Under the pieces are notes generated by a model. It was not told where the DNA came from, did not search any database, and saw nothing but the letters and a program-made list of their open reading frames with translations. DNA of 59,417 nt from Methanobacteriota archaeon (GTDB lineage Archaea; Methanobacteriota; Methanobacteria; Methanobacteriales; Methanobacteriaceae), in the NCBI GenBank assembly GCA_023430285.1, contig JAEZAV010000102.1, forward strand, positions 1-59,417. Reading direction: 5' to 3'. A program made the position numbers and the translations under genes. Below, piece by piece: positions 21,149 through 31,056 of the stretch; the stretch's first letter is position 1; each line of letters opens with the position of its first letter.

Positions 21149-21667
21149 ATGAGTAACTTCAGAGTAAAAGAACTAAAAAAAATGGATATTCCCATAAAAA
21201 TCGTTCAAGAATTTCTTTTTAGAATGATCCAAAACGAATATAACTACGGATATATACCCCAATATCATCAGGATATTAAAAATATCGATGATTATTATCT
21301 TAATCCTGAAAGAAACAATTTCTATGTTGCTCTTCATAATGAAACCAATCAAGTGATCGGAACAATAGGAGTGAGATCCTATGATAAAGATTTTCCATTA
21401 TTTAAAGGAATTTACTACCCAGAAATAACTGCCAGTATTTGGAGGGTATTTGTAGACAAACCATGGCGTAGGAATGGTGTTGCTTCTACACTGGTAGGTA
21501 TAGCAGAAGAATTTTGTCAAAATAAAGGTTATAGGAATATTTATCTCCACACCCACAAAACAGTGCATGGTTCCCTTGATTTTTGGTTATCAAAAGATTA
21601 CAGTGTTGTGGAGGATACAGAAAATGAATTAAGAACAGTGCATATGGAAAAATCTCTTATTGTTTGA
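21149..21667 (+). CDS. GNAT-family N-acetyltransferase
   Basis: Acetyl-CoA motif VDKPWRRNGVAS, plus IYLHT and FW..kdY. GAGGG RBS precedes ATG 21149. Confidence 0.85.
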   Translation: MSNFRVKELKKMDIPIKIVQEFLFRMIQNEYNYGYIPQYHQDIKNIDDYYLNPERNNFYVALHNETNQVIGTIGVRSYDKDFPLFKGIYYPEITASIWRVFVDKPWRRNGVASTLVGIAEEFCQNKGYRNIYLHTHKTVHGSLDFWLSKDYSVVEDTENELRTVHMEKSLIV

Positions 21668-21696
21668 ATATTTCTAACTAATATGAAATAAATCAT

Positions 21697-22212
21697 TTAT
21701 GAAATTTCAAAGGTTTTATCATTAATTATATCCATAATATCATCTAAAATTGTAATAGCTTTTTTTACTCCAGATATCTGTCTTTTTTGAATCATCTGTG
21801 AATCAGATTTACGAAGATCCGCGTATACATCTGTTGTAGTTTTAATTGTGATAGTATCAGTTGAAACAGCAATAGCTCCTTTTCCAATACCTGCGGTGGT
21901 TCCAATACCTATATCTGCATTGGTAAGTTCTTTAACTTGTTTGGCCATTAGTACTGCCACTTTTAGATCATCTTCCTCGGTGTAAACTTTAATATTGTTT
22001 AACAAGTCTAGGGGTTTGGGAGGATCCAAATTTAAAACTGATTTCAAAGCAGTCAATGTTGGAATGAATAAACCACATAACAAGGAGACATCTTGTTTAC
22101 CTTTCATATATTTAGGTGCTAAATCTCCCTGATACTCCATTGAAGATTTATGTATTTCACGAGCTATTATCCCGTGAGTAAAACACTCTGCTGTTGCAAT
22201 TTTAACTGTTAT
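21697..22212 (-). CDS. hcgF: FeGP cofactor biosynthesis protein HcgF (apparent ATA start)
   Basis: Conserved KIATAECFTHG lies upstream of the first ATG (22140). Also FIPT and GIGTTAGIGKG. GGAGG sits 7 nt before an in-frame ATA at 22212. Confidence 0.85.
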   Translation of the reverse strand: MTVKIATAECFTHGIIAREIHKSSMEYQGDLAPKYMKGKQDVSLLCGLFIPTLTALKSVLNLDPPKPLDLLNNIKVYTEEDDLKVAVLMAKQVKELTNADIGIGTTAGIGKGAIAVSTDTITIKTTTDVYADLRKSDSQMIQKRQISGVKKAITILDDIMDIINDKTFEIS

Positions 22213-22233
22213 TTAAAATCCTCCATAAATTAT

Positions 22234-22866
22234 TTATTTCCATCCATTTAGAGATTTAAGTATTTCTTTTGTTGTAATGTTAGCAAGTTCGTCCAACACG
22301 TAGGGAGTTATTGGAACATCATCTTCAATGAACTTTCCAGTGGTGATAATTTTGTGTTCAGAGTTTATTCCATATTCATTTAACTCCTTAACTATAGGAT
22401 TATCTGTTGATGCTTCGGATATGTCCATAACTTCTATTTTTTCATCTCCAATTCCAAATACTCCCGCAGTACTTATTGTTTTTGCACCTATTTCTTGGGC
22501 TTTCTTAATGATCATTGCAGTAGTTTCCAATGTGTCTCCACCAGCTATCTGAATACTTACAACATCCCCTTCCACAAGATCCAAATTTTCAGGAGTTATA
22601 TCCTCCTTCACAGGAAATACATCTTTAATCCCCTTGAATTCTTTCAATAGATCAACCTTGTAATCTCCGATCTTTCCACCCTTCATTTTGAAGATTATAT
22701 CTCCATCAGAGATCTTTTGACCATCTATAACTACAATTTTTTTAGGACCCCCTCTATGAATCTGGGTTAAATTTATACCAGTTCTAAGTCCCAATCTTCC
22801 AAATCCAACCAATGTTACGTGACCTTTCGGTACTTTGCTGTTTTCAATTTCTTCTAATTTATTCAA
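22234..22866 (-). CDS. hcgE: FeGP cofactor biosynthesis protein HcgE (E1/ThiF-like adenylyltransferase)
   Basis: GFGRLGLR, HRGGP, IAGGD, ISTAGVFGIG, PITPYVLD. TTG start at 22866 after GGAGG. Confidence 0.85.
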   Translation of the reverse strand: MNKLEEIENSKVPKGHVTLVGFGRLGLRTGINLTQIHRGGPKKIVVIDGQKISDGDIIFKMKGGKIGDYKVDLLKEFKGIKDVFPVKEDITPENLDLVEGDVVSIQIAGGDTLETTAMIIKKAQEIGAKTISTAGVFGIGDEKIEVMDISEASTDNPIVKELNEYGINSEHKIITTGKFIEDDVPITPYVLDELANITTKEILKSLNGWK

Positions 22867-23051
22867 AAAAGTGCCTCCTTTGTTGTATAAGGGACATCTA
22901 ATTAGGAAATACATTTGAGCGAAAAATGATTGTTCTTCATTAGATGTCCCGAAGTTGATACAATCTTCCGAATCTAAACCCAATATGGGTAATTCTCTAT
23001 TTTGGTGGTTGAGGAGATAACCCCCAAATTTCAGTTAGGTAACAAGTGTTA

Positions 23052-23079
23052 TAAATACTTTTTTACTAAAAAGTATTAC
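23052..23079. promoter_or_regulatory. Putative NikR-type dyad at an internal hcgEF promoter
   Basis: TAAATAC-N14-GTATTAC overlapping a minus-strand TTTATAA TATA-like element. Confidence 0.55.
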
Positions 23080-23120
23080 TAAAACTGCTTTTTAACCTGT
23101 GATTTGAATACCGTGTTTTA

Positions 23121-23822
23121 TCACCTAATAGAAACTTTCCATGGAAAAGTAGGGTATTCAAATTCTACAGTACAGTTAAATTTCGAAATTAATTGACAAA
23201 GTCTTAAAAGACCTGGTATCTCAGTAGCTTGGTGTGTAGCATCAATAACAGATATATCTAGTGATTTAGCTATTATGGCACCTTTATGTGTCAAATCACC
23301 AGATAAAATTAAATCTGCTCCTTTTTTATAGGCCAAAGTTATGTATTCTGGATTTAAACCAAAACCCGATAAGATCGCAACTTTTCTTAAATGTTCTTCG
23401 TTACCCCTAATCAGTTTAAAATGATCTGCCATTAAAACTCGTGAAACATGGCTATAAAAATCATTGAGTGTTGCATCAACAGTACACAATCTTCCTATAC
23501 CATTAGTTTCATCAAAATGGCTTAAAACTTCCAAATTCAAAATATCAGCAAGTGCATCATTAGCACCGCCAGGAACCACATCCCAATTAGAATGCAATAC
23601 ATATGTTGGTATTTTTGGAGTTACGACAGGAGGGTGGTGTGATATCAACAGATCAAATCCGCTGATTTGTGTTTCTAATTGATAATCCAGAACAACCAAT
23701 ACTTTTTTTACGTCTAACTTATCAGGATCTCCAGGACCTATAAATCCTACAATATCATTAGTTACAGTTAGCTCCCTTGGAACTTCCATTTCCAGTCTCG
23801 AAAATAGTTCAGAAGCTAACAT
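23121..23822 (-). CDS. hcgD: HcgD (Nif3-like dinuclear metal protein)
   Basis: SHHP, HSNWD..GAND, GDLTH, DATHQATE; position within the hcg cluster. Confidence 0.85.
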   Translation of the reverse strand: MLASELFSRLEMEVPRELTVTNDIVGFIGPGDPDKLDVKKVLVVLDYQLETQISGFDLLISHHPPVVTPKIPTYVLHSNWDVVPGGANDALADILNLEVLSHFDETNGIGRLCTVDATLNDFYSHVSRVLMADHFKLIRGNEEHLRKVAILSGFGLNPEYITLAYKKGADLILSGDLTHKGAIIAKSLDISVIDATHQATEIPGLLRLCQLISKFNCTVEFEYPTFPWKVSIR

Positions 23823-24582
23823 CTTTCACCGTTGATTCAATTTTATCCAGATATTTTTCTATGTAAAGATCAGGGGACAGTGCATTTACAGATGAAACAA
23901 CCATCGCAGGGCGTTTAATAAGATTCAAAAATTTATTGCAATCCTTTTCTTTAAAAAGAACTCCTTCATAAAAGCTCATTGCTGCCACCCCATATAGTAC
24001 TCCTTCAGTATTTAAAATATCTTCCAAGCTTCTTCTTAGAACTTCAATGGTCAAGGTCATGGTCCCTGATGTCTTAGAATTTAAGCCTGTTGTTCGCAAA
24101 ATGCCCTTGTTTGGAGATTTAGCAGTTTTTAACCTTTGATCTATGTTATTTTTGTTATTGATTAACTGATCACTACCATCAGAAGTTGGATCTTCAATTA
24201 AAAAAATATTTGAATCAACATACTTATGCACTGATTCTGAACTCATGCCACCCAACCCAGTTGTGTCCACAACAAGATCTGCACCCTTTATTTGTTTTAA
24301 ATCATCGGAAAACTCGGCTTCACAGGGTATGAGATCCTTTAGGTGGGGATATATATCAACAACTGTGACTTCAGAAAATTTACTACATGTTTCTGCGAGT
24401 TTTATTCCAGTGAGATATGTGCCTACGATTGCAGTGCGATTAACCTCCAAATTTTTGGTTTGAATCCATTTTTCAATTGCCTCACATTTCTTCTCAACGA
24501 TACTGTTGATCAAGTCTTCCACATAGTGTCCTGAGTACATGCTGAATACTTCACCTGTTATTCCACGCTCTTTTATAATCAT
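23809..24582 (-). CDS. hcgC: SAM-dependent methyltransferase HcgC
   Basis: ERGIT, GTYLTG, DTTGLGG, EDP, SKTSGTMTLT. Confidence 0.9.
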   Translation of the reverse strand: MIIKERGITGEVFSMYSGHYVEDLINSIVEKKCEAIEKWIQTKNLEVNRTAIVGTYLTGIKLAETCSKFSEVTVVDIYPHLKDLIPCEAEFSDDLKQIKGADLVVDTTGLGGMSSESVHKYVDSNIFLIEDPTSDGSDQLINNKNNIDQRLKTAKSPNKGILRTTGLNSKTSGTMTLTIEVLRRSLEDILNTEGVLYGVAAMSFYEGVLFKEKDCNKFLNLIKRPAMVVSSVNALSPDLYIEKYLDKIESTVKDVSF

Positions 24583-24583
24583 T

Positions 24584-25057
24584 TTATCCTCCTAAACCAA
24601 TTCTATCAAGAAGATTAATTATTTCGTCTTTTACTGCATCTTCTAATTTTTTCTTATGGATTACGTGAGATTTAGAAAGGGCCGCTGAGAGAACTCTTCC
24701 CTTATTATCGATTAATACCATCATAGACCCCGAACCCGGTACTCCAAGTCGCCCTCTTGCAATTATAAGGTCACAATCATTTAAGTCCAGTGCCATTATA
24801 GCTTTGGAAATTGCAGGCATGCGCGTAAGATCAGCACAATAAGTAGGTAAGTTAATAGTCTCTGCTTTAGGCAAATTGAAACTGTTCAAAACTTCATTAA
24901 TCACGTTAATTTTAGTTTGGTTGGTTGTTGGGATGAGAATTTTCGTGCAGGAAAGAACATATTCCTGAATTGCCTCTAATTCTTCTTCTTTATCCCCAAA
25001 ACGCTGCCCATTAACAGATTCATTGTATGCAATTTTGATTTTTTCTTGGAAAGTCAT
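24584..25057 (-). CDS. hcgB: Guanylyltransferase HcgB
   Basis: RFGDKEEE, DLTRMPA, ARGRLGVPGSGS, HVIHK. Confidence 0.9.
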   Translation of the reverse strand: MTFQEKIKIAYNESVNGQRFGDKEEELEAIQEYVLSCTKILIPTTNQTKINVINEVLNSFNLPKAETINLPTYCADLTRMPAISKAIMALDLNDCDLIIARGRLGVPGSGSMMVLIDNKGRVLSAALSKSHVIHKKKLEDAVKDEIINLLDRIGLGG

Positions 25058-25066
25058 AAATAGCCC

Positions 25067-26062
25067 CTATACTTCTGGCTTAAGTCCCATTTCCCTGACA
25101 CAATTTACAACCTCATTGAAGTTTCCATATGTAGGGGATCCAACTCCTTTAACTACGTTGGGATATCGATCAGGAATTACTGTTGCAAGGTTGTCTGCTC
25201 CTGCAAGTAAGGAATGTTTAACATTTTCTGGACCAATGGTCGGTGTTGGTACTGTGATCCTTATATCTGGAAACATCAATCGAACAATAGCTATGGTTTT
25301 CATTTGCTCTTCCAAACTGCATGGCGGATGATATTCCATAGGAGTGCCCCGGTATGGATTGAATCCCATGATTGGTATTTCTCCCAGTGTTGAAAATTCT
25401 TTAAGGAAAAATAGGTGATTTACTCTGTCATTATAAGATTCTCCTAATCCAATTAGGAGCCCTGAAGAAAGTTCAATTCCGGTTTCACAAATCATTGCAC
25501 AACTTTTAATCCGTTCCTTAAGATGCTCTCCAGGTTTTAGTTGTTTGAAAAGTTTCAAATTTGTTGTTTCTAGGTTACAGCATACAGTATCTGTTCCATA
25601 ATTTGCCATTTTGTTTAGTGCATCTTGATTCAGGTCTGAACCAACGTTAACCAGAAGTTCCAAAGAAGTGTTTTCTTTAACTATTCTACTTGCATTCACA
25701 GCTTGCTGTCCTTGATATCCATGGGCACCAGAACAACTCACTCTAGGAATTCCTGATTCTTCAACCACTTGAACTATATTCAAAATTTCTTGATCAGTTT
25801 TGTAAAAGGGATCATAGTAACCATCAAAGGAAGTTTCTGCTGCAAATCCACAGTACTTACATTTGGGTGTGACTTTGCAAATATTCGTTAAATGCACAGT
25901 TGATGTGAGTTTAATAGATTTATTTTTAGAATTTCTTATATCATATGCAGTTTCTTTAAGTGTAGCTATATCTTCAGCAGAATTTAAATTAAACAAATAC
26001 AAAATATCGTCTTTTGTTAATTTTTCCTCTTTTAAAGCTTTTTTGATGATTTTATTTATCAA
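25067..26062 (-). CDS. hcgA: Radical SAM protein HcgA (HmdB)
   Basis: CX5CX2C motif (CKVTPKCKYC), CCNLET, BioB-like body; directly downstream of hmd. Confidence 0.9.
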   Translation of the reverse strand: MINKIIKKALKEEKLTKDDILYLFNLNSAEDIATLKETAYDIRNSKNKSIKLTSTVHLTNICKVTPKCKYCGFAAETSFDGYYDPFYKTDQEILNIVQVVEESGIPRVSCSGAHGYQGQQAVNASRIVKENTSLELLVNVGSDLNQDALNKMANYGTDTVCCNLETTNLKLFKQLKPGEHLKERIKSCAMICETGIELSSGLLIGLGESYNDRVNHLFFLKEFSTLGEIPIMGFNPYRGTPMEYHPPCSLEEQMKTIAIVRLMFPDIRITVPTPTIGPENVKHSLLAGADNLATVIPDRYPNVVKGVGSPTYGNFNEVVNCVREMGLKPEV

Positions 26063-26173
26063 TTTTTCACCTTACTATTTTTTGTAAATTGATGGGTTGA
26101 TCAAAGGAATTGATTATTTCGCTCCTAAATTAATGTTCGATTTAAAGTTTAAAAAAAAAATAAGGAGATGTAT

Positions 26174-27235
26174 TTATTTAGAAATTTTACAGGTTGGCCC
26201 TTTGCCTTTCCTCTTTTCTAAAACATCAAGAACAGAAGGTAGTACTTCTGCAGCAGCACCGAAGTTCATTGAATCGGCAGTTCCAAGTAAAGCACCCGGA
26301 TCCAATTTTTCTTCCATGTGATCAATTCCTGCACTGTTCATCAAATCAGTTATCTGAGATAATGATTCTTTTGCCATCATTTGAGCAAATCCTGCCGGGG
26401 CTCCTAATACATTCATAACTGAATCTCGATAGCTTAATATTCCTGCATAGGTTATTGCTGTGAGTGCTGAGCACATATCACATACTGGACCTAAGAGTTC
26501 AGCAGGCAATTTATAAGCATCTCCTCTTGCAGCTACTCCCCAATCAACCAAATTACAAATTGCTTCTTCAGATGCATATCCTTCTGCAACGTACACCTGT
26601 CCTTTCATTTCAGGTACTGCACCAGGATGGTATGAAGATATGTTAAATTTAGGAGCAACATTCATTTCATCACTACTTAAATCTTCAAAAATCTTCTGGA
26701 ACATTGTTGTTGGTACTGTACAGGCATGGGTTAAAATTGCGCCTTCTTTTATTTCGTCCGCAAATTTTTTGATTATGCCCATTTGCATGTCACCTTTAGG
26801 GAACCAAGTCATGATCCAATCAGCATCCTGAACTGCTTCTTTATCATCAGTGGTTACTTCAAATCCTAAATCTTCAGGATGTGTGAAATGAATTGCACCT
26901 TTTGGAGGCTTTGGAAGATCTTTTGCTACCTGATTTACTTTCTCACGAATCTGGGGCATTATACTCTCAGGATTTTCCTTGTGTGCTTCTATAACCTTTT
27001 CATATTCAAAGTCATCAATGACTGTGAACTCGTTGTCAAAGACTGGATCAGATATAACTACTTCATCTACACCAGCCAATTCCATGAGTTCAGCACCCAT
27101 GGTAATAGTTGAGTGTGTCATAGCTATTTCAGGTTTTCCAACTTTTTCTGCTACTTCACAGGCTCGGCTGAAATTTGTTATCCCACTTGCTGCGTGGGTT
27201 CGATAACATCCTGCACCTAATATTGCAAGTTTCAT
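26174..27235 (-). CDS. hmd: [Fe]-hydrogenase (H2-forming methylene-H4MPT dehydrogenase)
   Basis: MKLAILGAGCYRTHAASGITNF, HACT (Fe-ligand Cys), GPVCDMCS, TADSMNFG. Confidence 0.97.
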   Translation of the reverse strand: MKLAILGAGCYRTHAASGITNFSRACEVAEKVGKPEIAMTHSTITMGAELMELAGVDEVVISDPVFDNEFTVIDDFEYEKVIEAHKENPESIMPQIREKVNQVAKDLPKPPKGAIHFTHPEDLGFEVTTDDKEAVQDADWIMTWFPKGDMQMGIIKKFADEIKEGAILTHACTVPTTMFQKIFEDLSSDEMNVAPKFNISSYHPGAVPEMKGQVYVAEGYASEEAICNLVDWGVAARGDAYKLPAELLGPVCDMCSALTAITYAGILSYRDSVMNVLGAPAGFAQMMAKESLSQITDLMNSAGIDHMEEKLDPGALLGTADSMNFGAAAEVLPSVLDVLEKRKGKGPTCKISK

Positions 27236-27262
27236 ACTATCACTCCTTTTTTTAGTAAATTA

Positions 27263-27290
27263 GTAATACTACCATCATTAATAGTAGTAC
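27263..27290. promoter_or_regulatory. Putative NikR operator of hmd-hcgABCD
   Basis: GTAATAC-N14-GTAGTAC between the minus-strand TATA (TTTATATT, 27320-27313) and the RBS. A weaker second dyad lies at 27311-27338. Confidence 0.7.
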
Positions 27291-27840
27291 AAAATTGATT
27301 GAAGTGATTTGTAATATAAATCTTTTGATTTATGATACTCTTTATAAAGGAATCTAATAATAGTAATACCGTCTCTGATCTTTTAAATGAGTATTATAAC
27401 TGCATACTAAAAACTAAACATTATAAAATCCATAATATTAAATAGTGGGAACTAATAAAATGATTTTGTGTATTTGAATAATAATATACAATTAATGGAA
27501 TAAAAATTAGAAATTTAGTTTCAATTGACTACAAAATCAAATTTAAGCTCTTTTTTTGAAAGATAATTAGTAATAATTTATTGTCAAGTAATATTATTTT
27601 AAAGTGTGTGAATTTCTATACTCAGATTCTTCTAATTCCTTCAGTTATCTCATTGCAAGTCTAGTTACCCTTTTCTAATTTTTCAATGGATAATACTATC
27701 AAAATTTCAAGACCTAATAATCATTTAAAATTAAAAAATAACAAATTATATCAATTTTAAGTAATTTTAACTCTTATAATATGATATTTTATCCAATAAA
27801 GCTGTTAAATACGTTTATTTTAAACAAAAGTTTTATATCG

Positions 27841-27847
27841 GTAATAC
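27841..27847. promoter_or_regulatory. GTAATAC half-site immediately downstream of the flp/elp TATA box
   Basis: TTTATAT (27832-27838) followed by GTAATAC; the partner half-site is degenerate. Confidence 0.45.
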
Positions 27848-27888
27848 TACTAACGTCAAGATCATTAATACTGGAGGTAATATAAAAG

Positions 27889-28284
27889 ATGCAATTTAAT
27901 AATACGAAGATCAAAATGAGCATGACTAAAATAAAGATTATCCGACCAGAAGACAACCCTAAAAGCTGTAACTTAAATGTAAACATGGATTGGAATATTG
28001 AATACACTGACAATACGCAGAACAGTCTAGGATATGTTTGTACATTGGAAACTGATGGAAAATTTCCCATTAAATTGGCCATACAGGGCTTGGTTAAAAC
28101 AGAAAATAATGTGCAAATTCTGGAAAAGAATTACAAAGATCTATCCAAACACATACTGGATAAAACCACCGAAACCTTGTTAAATTTGCTAAATATTACT
28201 AAAGACTCTATTTTTACCATTAATGAGATTCCAACTGTGCATTTATCCAATAATCACAGTACATCCTTGGTAAATAATTTATAA
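27889..28284 (+). CDS. Conserved protein heading the flp/elp cluster (FlpE-like)
   Basis: GGAGG RBS; divergent from hmd and ahead of the FdhA/FdhB/MvhD-like genes. Name assigned from recalled synteny only. Confidence 0.55.
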   Translation: MQFNNTKIKMSMTKIKIIRPEDNPKSCNLNVNMDWNIEYTDNTQNSLGYVCTLETDGKFPIKLAIQGLVKTENNVQILEKNYKDLSKHILDKTTETLLNLLNITKDSIFTINEIPTVHLSNNHSTSLVNNL

Positions 28285-28301
28285 TAAAGGACGTGTAATG
28301 A

Positions 28302-29402
28302 ATGATGAAAATAAAACATACTGTTTGTCCTTCATGTAGTTTAGGATGTGGAATTAACCTTATAACTCTAAATGAAGAAGTTGTAGGAACGTATCCATAT
28401 AAACGACATGAATTTAATGAAGGCAAAAACTGCCTCAAAGGCAGAAACTGCTACAAATTAACCGATGAAAATAGAATTGAAACCCCACTTATAAAAAAAG
28501 GAACTCAAAATAAAGCTGAGTGGGATGAAGCTTTAGATTTGATATCCAGCGAAATGAAATCATGCGATGTTGATGATATAGGAATTCTTGTTTCTGGAAC
28601 CTGTACCAACGAAGTATGTGAACTTTCAAAAAAATTTGCAGACGCAATGGGAATTTCAAATATTGGTTTTAGTGTAGAAAACTCTCAAGACCTAAAAAAT
28701 GAAAATGTTAGTTTTGATGATTTGGAAAATTCAGATGTAATAGTTTTATTTGGAGATATTCTAAAAGAAAACCCCCTCATGGGCAGAAGAGTAATTTTAG
28801 CACAAGATAAAGGTGTTAAAATAATTTCATTGGATTCAAATGATTCATCTAACACCAGCCTTATTGCTGATGAATACATTAAAACTGATTCTTTTAAAAA
28901 TTTTTTGGATAATGATTCCACATTAGCAGAGCAGCTTAGTGATTCTTCAACAGTTATAATCAGAAGCATGAATAGCAGTGAAGATTTGAATGCAGTCCAA
29001 GAACTTACTTCAAAGGCCGGATCTAATTTAATTACCATTTTAAATGAATGTAACAGTTTAGGCGCCATTGAATACTTGACACCACTCGATCAAAATGAGG
29101 TTCAAGATTTGATTGAAAGTGTGAAACTACTCTACGTAATTGGGGGAAATCCTGCAACTTACGCTGAAGAAAGTCTCAAGAAGATTAATTTTTTAATTAC
29201 TGAAGGATATGAATTAAATCAAACTGTATTAATGTCAAATGTAGCCTTACCTAGTACATGTTGGGCTGAAGCAGATGGTTCATTTAAAAATACAATGGGA
29301 AAACTTCAAAAATTCGCTAAAGTAGTGGAGCCCCCTGAAAACAGTAGAGATGATGAGACCATTATCAAAGAAATTGCAGAAAAAATGGGGATAACATTGT
29401 AG
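28302..29402 (+). CDS. Truncated FdhA-like Fe-S protein without a Mo/W active site (Flp/ElpA-type)
   Basis: N-terminal CPSCSLGC...CLKG 4Fe-4S motif and LPSTCWAEADGSFKN. Only 366 aa, with no 'RLCH' Mo-ligand segment. Confidence 0.75.
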   Translation: MMKIKHTVCPSCSLGCGINLITLNEEVVGTYPYKRHEFNEGKNCLKGRNCYKLTDENRIETPLIKKGTQNKAEWDEALDLISSEMKSCDVDDIGILVSGTCTNEVCELSKKFADAMGISNIGFSVENSQDLKNENVSFDDLENSDVIVLFGDILKENPLMGRRVILAQDKGVKIISLDSNDSSNTSLIADEYIKTDSFKNFLDNDSTLAEQLSDSSTVIIRSMNSSEDLNAVQELTSKAGSNLITILNECNSLGAIEYLTPLDQNEVQDLIESVKLLYVIGGNPATYAEESLKKINFLITEGYELNQTVLMSNVALPSTCWAEADGSFKNTMGKLQKFAKVVEPPENSRDDETIIKEIAEKMGITL

Positions 29403-29411
29403 GTGATATTA

Positions 29412-30560
29412 ATGACAACCAAATATCTGTTAATCAGAGCTAAAGATAAAGATTTACAAGAATATGGAGAATGTGGAGGAGCTGTGAGTTCTGTTTTTCA
29501 GTACCTTCTAGAAAAAGAGATAGTTGAGGGTGTTTTGACCTTAACTAGAGGGGATGATTTATACGATGGTGTGCCTACATTCATTGAAGATCCTGAAGAA
29601 TTGATAAACAGTTGTGGATCACTGCACTGCGCTCCCACCATGTTTGGAGATTTAATAAGTAAATATTTAAGGGATACTAAACTCGCTGTAGCGGTTAAAC
29701 CTTGTGACGCTATGGCAATAAAAGAACTAGAAAAAAGACATCAAATAAATCCGGACAACGTTTACAAAATAGGGCTCAACTGTGGCGGAACCATAATGCC
29801 CACATCTGCCCAAAAAATGATCAAACTCTTTTATGAAATTGACCCCAATGATGTTGTTAAAGAAGAAATTGATAAGGGAAAATTTACTGTTGAATTGAAA
29901 AACGGCACCCATAAATCCCTAGAAATTGATCAGCTTGAAGAACAAGGTTATGGAAGACGTATAAACTGCCAAAGATGTGAACTAATGGTTCCAAGGAACG
30001 CAGACATTGCATGCGGAAACTGGGGAGCAGAAGAAGGATGGACATTTGTAGAAATAGTTACAGATAAAGGACAAAAACTGATAGATGATGCTGAAAAAGA
30101 AGGTTATCTTGAAACTAAAACACCATCTGACAAAGCAGTCGCCATTAGGGAAAAAATTGAATCAATCATGATAAAAATGGCACAAAAATATCAGGATAAA
30201 TATTTGGAAGCTGATTATCCTGAAATGGAAAAATGGGATGATTACTGGAATAGGTGTATCAAATGTTACGCGTGCAGAGATGTATGTCCTATTTGTTTCT
30301 GTAAAGAATGTGAACTTGAAAAACACTTCGATAAAAATGACAGCAGCTCTCCTCCAGATCCAATTGTTTTCCAAGGAGTTAGGATGTCACACATGGGATT
30401 CAGTTGTGTAAATTGTGGACAGTGTGAAGATGTTTGTCCAATGGAAATTCCGTTGGCAAGAATTTATCATAGAATGCAAAAAAAATACAAAAAAGAAACA
30501 GGCTTTGTAGCTGGTGTGAGTGATGAACTACCCCCACTATACAGTCCAGAAAAGGAATAA
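29412..30560 (+). CDS. FdhB/FrhB-family F420-binding subunit (Flp/ElpB-type)
   Basis: GECGGAV, GSLHCAP, KPCD, GLNCGG, CQRC, DIACGNWG and two CxxCxxCxxxCP ferredoxin motifs. Confidence 0.9.
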   Translation: MTTKYLLIRAKDKDLQEYGECGGAVSSVFQYLLEKEIVEGVLTLTRGDDLYDGVPTFIEDPEELINSCGSLHCAPTMFGDLISKYLRDTKLAVAVKPCDAMAIKELEKRHQINPDNVYKIGLNCGGTIMPTSAQKMIKLFYEIDPNDVVKEEIDKGKFTVELKNGTHKSLEIDQLEEQGYGRRINCQRCELMVPRNADIACGNWGAEEGWTFVEIVTDKGQKLIDDAEKEGYLETKTPSDKAVAIREKIESIMIKMAQKYQDKYLEADYPEMEKWDDYWNRCIKCYACRDVCPICFCKECELEKHFDKNDSSSPPDPIVFQGVRMSHMGFSCVNCGQCEDVCPMEIPLARIYHRMQKKYKKETGFVAGVSDELPPLYSPEKE

Positions 30561-30581
30561 TTGGGATATTTGGGTGATAAT

Positions 30582-30995
30582 ATGAGCAAAGAAGAACCAA
30601 AAATAGTTGGATTCTGTTGTAATTGGTGTTGTTATGGGGGTGCGGATACAGCAGGTACCGCACGAATGCAGTATCCTCCAGGTGTAAGAATTATCAGAGT
30701 AATGTGTTCTGGAAGGATTACCCCCTCAATGATATTTAAAGCTTTTAAAGAAGGTGCAGATGGAGTATTTGTTGGAGGATGCCATATTGGAGACTGTCAC
30801 TATGATGCTGGTAACTATAAATGGAATAGAAGAGCCAAATGGATAAATGAAATTCTACCAGAATTTGGAGTAGATAAAGGAAGATTTAGATTTGAATGGA
30901 TCTCTGCATCTGAGGGTGAAAAATTCCAAAAAACAATGAAAGAATTTTATGAGGAAGTTCAAAAAGCAGAAAGCCAGAAAAGTTGTTCCAAGTAG
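30582..30995 (+). CDS. MvhD-family [2Fe-2S] subunit (FlpD/ElpC-type)
   Basis: [35 protein letters not shown]. Confidence 0.9.
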   Translation: MSKEEPKIVGFCCNWCCYGGADTAGTARMQYPPGVRIIRVMCSGRITPSMIFKAFKEGADGVFVGGCHIGDCHYDAGNYKWNRRAKWINEILPEFGVDKGRFRFEWISASEGEKFQKTMKEFYEEVQKAESQKSCSK

Positions 30996-31056
30996 TGATT
31001 TTTTTAAAATTTAAATACATTATATTTTTTTAAAATTAAATAAAAAGTGAGTAAAA

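Noticed and set aside
22867..22983. N-terminal extension of hcgE given by the ORF track
   Set aside because: A GGAGG RBS precedes TTG at 22866, and the extension coincides with the hairpin region.
26378..26386. CATTTGAGC match inside hmd as a target of the hairpin motif
   Set aside because: Only 9 nt within a coding region; not distinguishable from chance.
28302..29402. Calling this a functional formate dehydrogenase alpha subunit or a pseudogene
   Set aside because: It lacks the Mo-ligand segment, but the frame is intact and abuts the next gene's RBS, consistent with an evolved truncated subunit.
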